Source: Candidatus Hermodarchaeota archaeon | GTDB lineage: Archaea; Asgardarchaeota; Heimdallarchaeia; Hodarchaeales; Hodarchaeaceae | DNA: 32,000 bases | Reading direction: 5' to 3' | Assembly: GCA_048886185.1 (NCBI GenBank) | Contig: JBHLKY010000011.1 | Coordinates: forward strand, 132,762-164,761 | Shown here: positions 1-8,700 of the stretch, piece by piece | Position numbering within the stretch: the stretch's first letter is position 1 | How the letters are laid out: every line of letters begins with the position of its first letter | The notes under the pieces: model-generated | What the model was told of the DNA's origin: nothing | The model's database searches: none | Seen by the model: the letters and a program-made list of their open reading frames with translations, nothing else | Program-made: the position numbers and the translations under genes

Positions 1-1036
1 AAATCGGAATTGCTAGAGCGACCAACCAAACAAGCCCGACAACCTTAGCCAGAAATTTAGGCCCTTTACGATCTGCAATGGGACCAGCAATCCCCGTCAA
101 TAACACTGCAAAAACAACACCAACAAGAAGTAAAATGGTGGCAGTGGTCTCATCCATCCCAAATCCCTCGACAGCGGCAGGTTTCATGATGTTAATGACA
201 GTCTGAACAACATCCACAGCAAAAAACCACCCGATAACAAACCACCGCATATCTTTATAGTGCCAAACCTCTTTAGCAGTACCAACAGTCTCAGAGACGG
301 CAGAACCAAGTAAGGAACGGAACCCAACCTCAGCCAGACGATTCCTGCCCGCTCGTTCTCGGGTCAATAAGAAAGGAAGAGCAATTAAGAGAAACCCAAA
401 AGCACAGAGGAGCCACATTTCATTTAGATGACCAATCCACTCGGGACGAGGACCTAAAACAGTGTCATATTGATCAGTAGGAATAGTACCAATGTCATCA
501 GGAAGATCAACAGCTTCGCCAAAAAACGCAATAGCTGCAAAGTTAAAAATAACTGCAAAAAAGGACCCAAAATACCCTAACGCCACACCAACGGCAGAAA
601 CCCAACCTTTATCCTTGTCATGACAAATACGAGGAATCATGGTATCATAAAACAGATTACCCCATTGATAAAAAATGTTGGCAGAAATAAAGCAGAATAA
701 GGCAATGAAAATGTTGTCAAAGAGGAAGACAATACCCGTAAACAGAATGGTGAGGGAACCAAAGAGGATCGTACCAGGTTTACCCTTACCATTGTTATCA
801 GCGATGGTACCCATCACAGGAATGGTAATGGCAACAATAAAAGTACTCAATGAGACAGCAATGCTAGCCATAAAATAACTCAGACCATAATCAAAACCAT
901 TCAACATACCTAAGAGGGTACCATACTGTAAGATGGTCATAGACACAATACCCATACTAAAGACAGTATTGGCAATATCATAGGTTGACCAAAGAAGAAC
1001 ATTCACCTTAGAGGTACTAGGAAAAGGATCAGACAT
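1..1036 (-). CDS. MFS transporter, UMF1/Atg22-like family (3'-truncated by window edge; missed by the ORF track)
   Basis: Manual translation from ATG at 1036 is open to base 1: MSDPFPSTSKVNVLLWSTYDIANTVFSMGIVSMT...PVMGTIADNNGKGKP...ANIFYQWGNLFYDTMIPRI...GWVSAVGVALGYFG...GPIADRKGPK. It has multiple TM segments plus the W-x-x-YD-x-AN start and G-x-x-AD-x-x-G MFS loop motifs. Confidence 0.9.
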   Translation of the reverse strand, partial: MSDPFPSTSKVNVLLWSTYDIANTVFSMGIVSMTILQYGTLLGMLNGFDYGLSYFMASIAVSLSTFIVAITIPVMGTIADNNGKGKPGTILFGSLTILFTGIVFLFDNIFIALFCFISANIFYQWGNLFYDTMIPRICHDKDKGWVSAVGVALGYFGSFFAVIFNFAAIAFFGEAVDLPDDIGTIPTDQYDTVLGPRPEWIGHLNEMWLLCAFGFLLIALPFLLTRERAGRNRLAEVGFRSLLGSAVSETVGTAKEVWHYKDMRWFVIGWFFAVDVVQTVINIMKPAAVEGFGMDETTATILLLVGVVFAVLLTGIAGPIADRKGPKFLAKVVGLVWLVALAIPI

Positions 1037-1281
1037 AATAAAAGCTCCAACAACAGATAAGGCGGACAACCCAGAAGAGGCTAAGAGTGTTTCCTAGAAA
1101 TAATACTTGGAAGAGGAAAAACTATAACAGGTAGAAGGGAAGACTAATAGTTTAAGCTATTTAAGGTGTTTAAATAATTAATATTGATAGATATATCCCA
1201 AGGAAAATACTTAAAAATTCTCGAAAAGAAGAAAAACATGAAAAAAAACATCACAACTAAAGAATATTCAAGCAGCACTTT

Positions 1282-1310
1282 CCATAGCTTGCCATAGAAT
1301 TTGCCATAGC
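1282..1310 (+). repeat. Three short direct repeats CCATAG (TGCCATAG in two copies)
   Basis: CCATAG at 1282, 1292 and 1304; copies 1 and 3 extend to CCATAGCTT. They are bracketed by TTTCCA (1279-1284) and TGGAAA (1321-1326). Confidence 0.8.
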
Positions 1311-1399
1311 TTTATCATCATGGAAAATATTCTATAATATCAGCGACTGGACAATGAGAGGAGTGCAGAAACGCACCGAAAAACACTTTTGAAAGCCAT

Positions 1400-1448
1400 G
1401 GGCTTGCAACGAAATGAAAAGATTTCTTTTTAACTCCGTTGCGAGCCC
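1400..1448. repeat. GC-rich inverted repeat / hairpin (12-bp stem, 25-nt AT-rich loop)
   Basis: GGGCTTGCAACG (1400-1411) versus CGTTGCGAGCCC (1437-1448): 11/12 complementary, and the remaining pair is a G-U wobble in + strand RNA. The loop contains AAAAG/CTTTT. Confidence 0.9.
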
Positions 1449-1482
1449 CTCCCTCCCCCCTATGTTTCTCTTTTGATGATTG

Positions 1483-1500
1483 GAATGATCTAAATCATTC
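1483..1500. repeat. Perfect 7-bp palindrome GAATGAT-ctaa-ATCATTC
   Basis: Read directly: arms at 1483-1489 and 1494-1500. Confidence 0.8.
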
Positions 1501-1709
1501 TTCACATATTTTATTGATTCTCTTTTTTTTTCTCCTAATTCTATTCACTTTCCTAACTTTCTTTTCTCAACAGGAGTTTTAAAGTCATTTCTCATTTCTG
1601 GAATGTGGTAAGCAGTACCATAAAACCATCGTTAGATAATTTTTTAAAACTGAAAGCCCAGCTGATGTGTCAGAACAAAAAAAGACTTTTTTCCCTTGGC
1701 ACGTCAGTA

Positions 1710-1910
1710 CTATTCTATTGCTGAAATTGATAACTTTATGGAATTTCTATAATCAGGTTGTTTTTTATCAAATAACAATTTTAATACTGTGTCTAAATGT
1801 GTATTAACTGAAAAATATGGTTGAATTTTTGTTGAACTCAATGCTAACTCAATTGTTGCAATTTCTATTTCTAATGTTAATAGAAGTAATAATCCCATTA
1901 ACAACCCCAT
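1710..1910 (-). CDS. Possible small protein (66 aa, hydrophobic N-terminus)
   Basis: Open frame with strong 3-base periodicity (39/66 codons end in A) and an N-terminal LLMGLLLLLTL stretch. No recognisable family; it could be a remnant. Confidence 0.3.
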   Translation of the reverse strand: MGLLMGLLLLLTLEIEIATIELALSSTKIQPYFSVNTHLDTVLKLLFDKKQPDYRNSIKLSISAIE

Positions 1911-1976
1911 AACCTGACTGTTCCTATGCTAAAACATAGTTACACGAATTCGCAATTTCTCTGAGTTCATCTCCAT

Positions 1977-3443
1977 CTATATTCCAAGCGTCTCTAAATT
2001 TTCTTTGACCTGTTTCATTTGTTCTGGGGTGATATCCCATAATTTCCAGAACACCAGTGCAGCTATCAGCATCAATAGCGCAGGAACCAACCCAAAATGA
2101 GCCATTATTCCCCAATTTGCCATTTCGCTCTGTGTTGCAACATCTGGATCAAACGCGGTGAGGGTGTGAATCAACCATAACACACCAAATTGTATAACTG
2201 TCACTAACCGCGAGAAAAAATTCCAAATCCCTAGATATGTGCCTTCTTGTCTTCTTTGAAATTCTAGTGCAGATGAATCGAAGAAATCCCCTTGAACAGG
2301 GATTCGAGATATTACTATTATCCCCCCTATTATCCCCCATCCCGCGGCTCCAAGCATGACGAATGGAACGCTTTTTTGAGCTCCAAACATCAAGCTAAAG
2401 AAGATTAGTAACACAGGAAGAGGACTCACTAATAAACCCCATTTAAAGGCTTTCACATGACCGAGTTTCCTAACCAACCAGAAGTAAACAGGGATAAATA
2501 GTACTGTAGTTAGAACATAGGGAAATGCGATTGAAGCTATTGTTTGGCCGAATTCTGGAGACTCTCTATCTTGAATCCCCAAGATATAAGCCACGTAGTA
2601 AGGTTGACTGGCATTGATCAGTGCTAACGACACCGTCATACAAAGCATAACAATAGCTAAGGCAATAAAGGGTCTGAGTTTGAATGCTTGCCTAATATTG
2701 CCAATGAATTCAGAAAAAAAGGATTTTTCTTCTAGTTTCTCACGATAATAACTCTCCTTAATCCATTCTTGTTCCTTCAGACCTGGAAGGGATAAAAGAA
2801 ATGAGATCAATACACATACAGCTATGGCGATACTCATTACTAGATAAGAGCTAGGATCAGGTGTTAGTTGAGCAATAATAGCAAGTCCTAGGAAAGGCCC
2901 AAGCATCATGAAAAGGTGAACAAAGGCGCCCAAGCTGATACGTTCTTCTTTACTCCGGAATTTTACTGGGAGGAGGGCATTATAATTGACTGTAATGGCA
3001 GAAAGAAAACCATCATAAGCTGAAAGAAAAATTAAAAACCAGAAAAATGTGAACCAACCATCAAGAAGACTAATGCTAGGAGGATAGAATAATAAAATGA
3101 GGGATAGAAGCAATGGAACTAAGCATCCCGCAATCCAAGGAACCCTTTTCCCCCAGCGACGAGTAAACCTATAATTCTTATCAGATAGGTATCCTACTAA
3201 TGGATCATTAAACATATCCCAAACCGTGTACAAGATACTAGCGAGAAACATCATTCCGATGTCAAGACCGATTAATGTTTCATAGAAAAAGGGATATTGT
3301 TGCGTAACAACAATGGTCATTGCATTCAAACCAAACATCAGGATTGCAAACGAAACATAGGTTCCTACAGAATATTTTCGTGTACTACTAATAAAATCTC
3401 TTTCTCCCATCATTAGTTCTTTTGAATCACTCATTTCACTCAT
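1977..3443 (-). CDS. MFS transporter, glycoside-pentoside-hexuronide (GPH/MelB-like) family
   Basis: 488 aa, about 12 TM. The WDMFNDPLVGYLSDK...RWGKRVPW motif is typical of the MelB/GPH N-terminal loop. Confidence 0.92.
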   Translation of the reverse strand: MSEMSDSKELMMGERDFISSTRKYSVGTYVSFAILMFGLNAMTIVVTQQYPFFYETLIGLDIGMMFLASILYTVWDMFNDPLVGYLSDKNYRFTRRWGKRVPWIAGCLVPLLLSLILLFYPPSISLLDGWFTFFWFLIFLSAYDGFLSAITVNYNALLPVKFRSKEERISLGAFVHLFMMLGPFLGLAIIAQLTPDPSSYLVMSIAIAVCVLISFLLSLPGLKEQEWIKESYYREKLEEKSFFSEFIGNIRQAFKLRPFIALAIVMLCMTVSLALINASQPYYVAYILGIQDRESPEFGQTIASIAFPYVLTTVLFIPVYFWLVRKLGHVKAFKWGLLVSPLPVLLIFFSLMFGAQKSVPFVMLGAAGWGIIGGIIVISRIPVQGDFFDSSALEFQRRQEGTYLGIWNFFSRLVTVIQFGVLWLIHTLTAFDPDVATQSEMANWGIMAHFGLVPALLMLIAALVFWKLWDITPEQMKQVKENLETLGI

Positions 3444-3650
3444 ATTGTTTTCCGTCCTTTTGATTACAAGCTGTACATTATATTTGAGAAGGGAAAATCA
3501 TATTACATGAATTTTTTAACATAAAGCATTTTAATATTCTTTAACTTAAAAAAACACTGTTCAGCAAATCCTCTTTAGATCTCTATTTTATTGTTGGTAT
3601 AGGGTCAATTTTAGCTGTGAATGATTGAAAAAATTACTGGATTGATAACA

Positions 3651-4547
3651 ATGGTAATTTCTGATGATAAATCTTCCCAAATAGTTGAATTAACAGACGG
3701 ACGACGCTTAGGTTATGCTGAATATGGCGATCCCCGTGGAAGACCGATTTTTTATTTTCATGGCAATTATGGAAGTAGACTAGAGGCCCTTTTTGGGAAA
3801 GAGAACTATCTGGTAGAAAAAGGAATACGTTTCGTCTGCATGGATCGTCCTGGTCTAGGTTTATCGGATTATCAGGCAAAAAGATTACTCTTAGACTGGC
3901 CTATTGATGTTCTTGAGTTGGCTACCCATTTAAATATAGATAAATTTGCAGTGATGGGAGGTAGTGGTGGGGGGCCGTATGCTCTGGCCTGTACTCATGA
4001 AATTCCACCAAATCGGTTAACTGGTTGTTTAATTGTTTCAGGTTTAGGACCATACAGTCTCAGTAAAGAAGGTATGAATCGTCGAAGCAAAAATATGCTT
4101 GTTTTTGCCCGACGCTTTCCCTGGGCATTTCGTTTTGCCCTTTGGATAATGATGGGGCGGAAAGCTAAACAAGAAAATGTGAAATGGTGGGAAGAGAATT
4201 ACCAAAAACTGTACCAAAGCCTTCCTGAACCTGATCAAAAACTTGTACTTGAGCCCTCAATTCGAGAACGAATGATTTTAAAGACGCTTGAAGCATTCCG
4301 ACAAGGATCTAAAGGCCCAGCTCATGACTTTAAATTGTATACAAAACCTTGGGGATTTGAATTGCACGAGATTCCAGAGGAATTAACTGTATTTCTATTC
4401 CATGGGGGATTAGATACGAGCGTTCCGATTTCCATGGCCCGAACTATGAGCGAACAGATCCCGAATTGTAAGACCAAGTTCTATCCCGAGGAAGGTCATT
4501 TATCAGTACTTATCAATAGATTTGATGAGATATTTAGTTCTCTCTAA
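3651..4547 (+). CDS. Alpha/beta-fold hydrolase (start could be 3621)
   Basis: DGRRLGYAEYGDPRG, YFHG, DRPGLG, nucleophile elbow GGSGGG, acid region FHGGLDTSVP, catalytic His in EEGHLS. Confidence 0.93.
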   Translation: MVISDDKSSQIVELTDGRRLGYAEYGDPRGRPIFYFHGNYGSRLEALFGKENYLVEKGIRFVCMDRPGLGLSDYQAKRLLLDWPIDVLELATHLNIDKFAVMGGSGGGPYALACTHEIPPNRLTGCLIVSGLGPYSLSKEGMNRRSKNMLVFARRFPWAFRFALWIMMGRKAKQENVKWWEENYQKLYQSLPEPDQKLVLEPSIRERMILKTLEAFRQGSKGPAHDFKLYTKPWGFELHEIPEELTVFLFHGGLDTSVPISMARTMSEQIPNCKTKFYPEEGHLSVLINRFDEIFSSL

Positions 4548-4652
4548 GTATTGAGATCTCCCTTCACCTTTCGTTTGGAATTTCTTTCACTCATTCCCTT
4601 TTTCTAATTCTATCTAGGGAATTTAAGGTCATTATTTCAGTTTAAACTTAAT

Positions 4653-5606
4653 TTAGATGACCCATTTATCTGTAGTATCTCTGTAGAGAGGATCCTCCCA
4701 CCTATCGGTGGCAGGAAAATTGACATAAGGAGGAAATGGCGGCCACTCTTGTTTAGGATTATAATCTGTTCTGATGATTTTACCTTGACTCCAAAAGTTA
4801 GGAAATTCATCAGGGTAATAAGCTGTAATAAACATTGAATCCCTCTCTAACGAGGGATAGAATCCCTCTTTGTCTCGATCATCAGGATTAAAAGCTACAA
4901 AGCATTTAGATCCAATTGTGTGCCCTTCTATTTCCCCTACCTGATAAGTTTGTCTGGTGTGCATTAAAGGAAGACCATATATATCGACTAAAGGTTTCAG
5001 GGGTTCGATGATATTCGGAAAAATATGAAAGCTCATCAGAACGATGAGAATTCGCCCTCTTAATTCACCAATTGTGGGCCAAGAATCACCTGGAGAGCCA
5101 TACTGCTCTAAATATTCACTATAGGGGTAAAATCTCTTCCAATGACTTTGGGATCCTTTGTTCATTTCAAATGCCTTGAAAATCTGTTTATTCATCTGGA
5201 TAAGCCCAAAATTTTTGTGGGGACGGTTATTTATATCCTGAAGATCTTTTTTAATATCCAAAAACACAGTAATCGGTGCATGGTTGGGATGGCTCTTTGA
5301 CCAATTATTTATCACCCCAAGCCAATCCTTTAGATTATTTCCACGGGGATTTCCAACTGCCTTATGATTTACTTCATGACTAGGATACCAATGGCCGATT
5401 TTAAAGCTTCCTTTCCCTCTGAAGATTTTGATCAAGGTTAAAAATCTTTTAATTCGTTCAAATAAGGTCCAACTGTCATGAATATCAAGTTCAAAACCTC
5501 TAATACCATGATCTAATTGTTGGGTTAACGACCAGCGATAAGAATTATGGGTGGTCATAAAAATACTTTTGTTGTAAGGCTGATTATCAAATTGTGAATG
5601 ACTCAT
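4653..5606 (-). CDS. Phosphatidylinositol-specific phospholipase C X-domain-like protein (PI-PLC/GDPD-fold TIM barrel)
   Basis: THNSY (first catalytic His), SLTQQLDHGIRGFELDIH, KIGH (second His), WSKSHPNHAPITVFLDIK and WPTIGELRGRILIVL are characteristic PI-PLC X-domain motifs. No signal peptide. Confidence 0.85.
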   Translation of the reverse strand: MSHSQFDNQPYNKSIFMTTHNSYRWSLTQQLDHGIRGFELDIHDSWTLFERIKRFLTLIKIFRGKGSFKIGHWYPSHEVNHKAVGNPRGNNLKDWLGVINNWSKSHPNHAPITVFLDIKKDLQDINNRPHKNFGLIQMNKQIFKAFEMNKGSQSHWKRFYPYSEYLEQYGSPGDSWPTIGELRGRILIVLMSFHIFPNIIEPLKPLVDIYGLPLMHTRQTYQVGEIEGHTIGSKCFVAFNPDDRDKEGFYPSLERDSMFITAYYPDEFPNFWSQGKIIRTDYNPKQEWPPFPPYVNFPATDRWEDPLYRDTTDKWVI

Positions 5607-5701
5607 GTTTTTCCCTCAGAAAATTTGTGATTTACATTATTTTATCTTATTTATGATCTATCCTATAATGAAAGAGTTAATTAACATTCTAGAGGATAGT
5701 T

Positions 5702-5718
5702 TCCTATAGATTATAGGG
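5702..5718 (-). terminator. Small hairpin just downstream of the large surface-protein gene
   Basis: CCTATA-gat-TATAGG (5703-5717), four bases beyond the stop at 5722. Confidence 0.35.
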
Positions 5719-5721
5719 GAG

Positions 5722-8700
5722 TCACCAGTTTTTCCCCTTCTTCCGCATTTTTCCAGACTGTCGTTTTTTAACTGGGATTTTCTTCTCTGGCTTCGATGGA
5801 TCAGTTTCTTCCTCTTTTTCCTCTTCTTTTCTTCCAAGTTTTGTAAGGAGTGCCTCTCGTTTGTAAATGACGATTATAACCAGGATCCCAACAATCCCCA
5901 AGAAGAGGGGGAGTAAGTCTGTCAAGCTCGTGATCTTCGTGTAGGTGAATTGGTACTTAGCCCAATTCCCTGCTCCATCTTGTATGAAAAGTATAAGCTT
6001 GTGAGTTTTAAACACAGCTGTTGGTAGATCTATTACCACATAATAGTTTCCTTCTTCGGTTGTGCTTGCTAGTCCCACCTTTAATGCAGGTAAGCTATAG
6101 ATTGTTAGTGTCTGGTTTGTGCCATTATTCCAGTTGGATTTCACTATAACGGGTTTTTCATCGAAATAGAATCTTAAATAGTTGATATCATTACTATAAA
6201 ACCCACCTGAAGGCCAGCTCACTCGGGGTCTGCCAATAGGAGTATTATCAATGATGAATAGGAATCGTTTTGATTGATTATACCCTAATAGATCTTCTGC
6301 ATAGACAGTGAATACATGTTGCCCTTCAGATGGTAGAAGAGTGATTTGCGCTGATGTAACGTTGAAAAATGTTTTGTTTTCCTCATTCCATTGATAAAAA
6401 CTGTTAAGACTAATTGTCTCTGATATAGTAAGTTGTAGCGGAGTGTTAGAATTCTGCATGCTATTATTTCTTAATGATACCGTGATTTGGGGAGGGGTTC
6501 CATCCACCACATAAGAATAGGTTAAATCTCTTTTATTTCCACTTGCATCATAAACTGTTAAAAAGAAAGAATAAGATCCATCAGTTTCTGGAGCAAACAA
6601 AGTGATAATTGCAGAATTTATCTCACGTGAGTCATTGATAACTCTTACTCCTTCTAGAGCCCATGAAGCCTGATAATGATGAATGGATTCATTGAAAGTG
6701 AGGAAGAGTGTACTATTCGGCCTAATGCGGGAATTATCAGCATAATTGATTGAGAGAAGGACTGGTGGTTGATTATCAAAGACAAAGTACCAGATGTAGG
6801 AGGCATTATTCCCTACAAGATCTGTACAAAATGCTGTTAAATTCCCGTGAGAAAGACCAGTTGATAGATCCTCTAAGTCTATTAAGTATGATCGGTTGAT
6901 CACCCCAGCTTGACTGAAGAACAGATTATTATTATTCCATTGAATCTTAATGAGGGCGATATCTTCATTTACTGAAATGTTAATCTTAGTTGTTGAGGAG
7001 ATGGCTAATATTGATCCGTTGTTCATTAGAGGGACATTAGCATAGGGAAATTCCGTTCCCAGAACTAAAATAACTGGATCGTCACTATCGATAAAGTACA
7101 TTAGAGTCTGATTAATTATGATTCCATCTGAAAGATCATAATACAACACTAGATCACTCCAGCTATTAACTTGAGGGATAGGGATGGAGTAATATTGTGC
7201 TGGAATCATCCACAGAATTGTGGTGAGTGTTGATTGATCTGAATGATTAAACCATTGATAACCAACTTGGACAGGGTTTAACGTCAAATTTACTAAAACT
7301 TCATTTCCCCCTTGAATTCGGGATTGGTTCTCTTCTCGAAGTTCATAGATTCCAGTTCCTGTGTAAAAAGTGTAGGTTTGAGTGTTCCAATTCCCGACTT
7401 CATCACGTACATACAAAACAACAACTTGGGGATTCGAGATAATAATTTGAGGGAGAGTAAGTGTAACGATCATAGCTGTATCGAAGGAACTCACGTTATC
7501 AGCACCATTCCACGAATAAAGAAGTTCTGCGGGAGTTTCATTAAAAGAAAAATGTACTTGAAACGGAGTATGAATCACACTGTTATTTTCAGTATTGTAA
7601 AGATCAATACTGATTGAGCTATCATCCCGAATGAAGTGCCATGTTTGGTTGTTCCAGACATCATCCGCCCCCTTGACATGAATGTAGAGAAATGTATCTA
7701 GCGCACTTTTATTTGACCAGTCTTTAAGACTTGTAATGAAAGAGGGAACATTAGGAAGAGATGTTTCAGAGTCATTTCCCCAGTGATAGATAACAAGGGG
7801 AACGATTTCACCAAATGAAAAGTTTATAGGAAGATCTGAGCGAATTCGACTGCCATTATAAGCATTGAAAGGGGTGACTAGGGGTTTAACCCACCACTGG
7901 AAATATTCACTTGTCCAACGGCGCTTGTTATCTTCTAAATAGATTCTTAAGCTGTGGATGCCAGAACTCGAAGGAATATTAGCTAAGTAGGTCGTATTAT
8001 ATGTATTATCCATGTTATAAAGAACTGTTCGCCAGTCTTCAGCGTTTAGATAGTAATAGATGGAAGTGTCCTGATTTACAATGGTATTATTAGCTGGGCT
8101 AATCCACGAAATGCTTAATGAAACCTCGTACAAGCTAGAAAAGGATGCTAGGTTTCCTGCTGTGTCCAAGGCATATATTGTCACATTAAATATGCCATAA
8201 ATATCGGGTAATAGGGCCCAATAGGGATTCGTTCCATTGATTGTAAGTGGAAAAGGGGCCATTATTCCCCAAATTGTTACTGGAGTCTCATCAACAGTAA
8301 TTGTTAAGTTTGTACTCGGAGGAACATATCCTCCTGACGGATTCACAAGAATAATTATAGGAGTATTATCTACTGTGAAAGTAAAATTCCAGATTTCCCA
8401 AACTCCTGGACTTTTTTCGACTTTCACGTGGAGAAAGTGATCCCCTTCTGTCGGAGGAGCTGGATCAAGGACTCCACTGAACCCAGTGTCATTCCAAGCA
8501 TATAAAACATTATATGGATCAGACAGACTAATCGTTATTTGACTCCCTCCCTTTATGAATGAGTTATTTTCAGGATCACTTTGAACCGTGAATAAAATTT
8601 TATAGTTCAAGATTGAATGATTCTCGTTCCCAATTGGATCATTCAGAACCAAATCAAGGGTATAATTCCCCTCAGGAAAATCTAAGTAGAAATCGTAACT

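Larger units (their letters stand above)
1200..1620. other. Candidate replication-origin-like region (A/T skew inversion, repeats, hairpins, G-string)
   Basis: + strand 1201-1260 has 37 A / 9 T, whereas 1501-1560 has 11 A / 35 T (hand counts). The flip is centred on the 1400-1448 hairpin. Function is inferred, not shown. Confidence 0.4.

Noticed and set aside
675-878. 67-aa + strand ORF from the track
   Set aside because: Antisense shadow of the UMF1-like MFS gene.
1412-1436. SECIS-like reading of the 1400-1448 hairpin (contains ATGA)
   Set aside because: No matching GA for the non-Watson-Crick quartet, and no nearby gene with a plausible in-frame Sec UGA.
1924-2340. Short minus-strand ORFs 1924-2115 and 2149-2340
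   Set aside because: Alternative frames inside the GPH transporter gene, with no family features.
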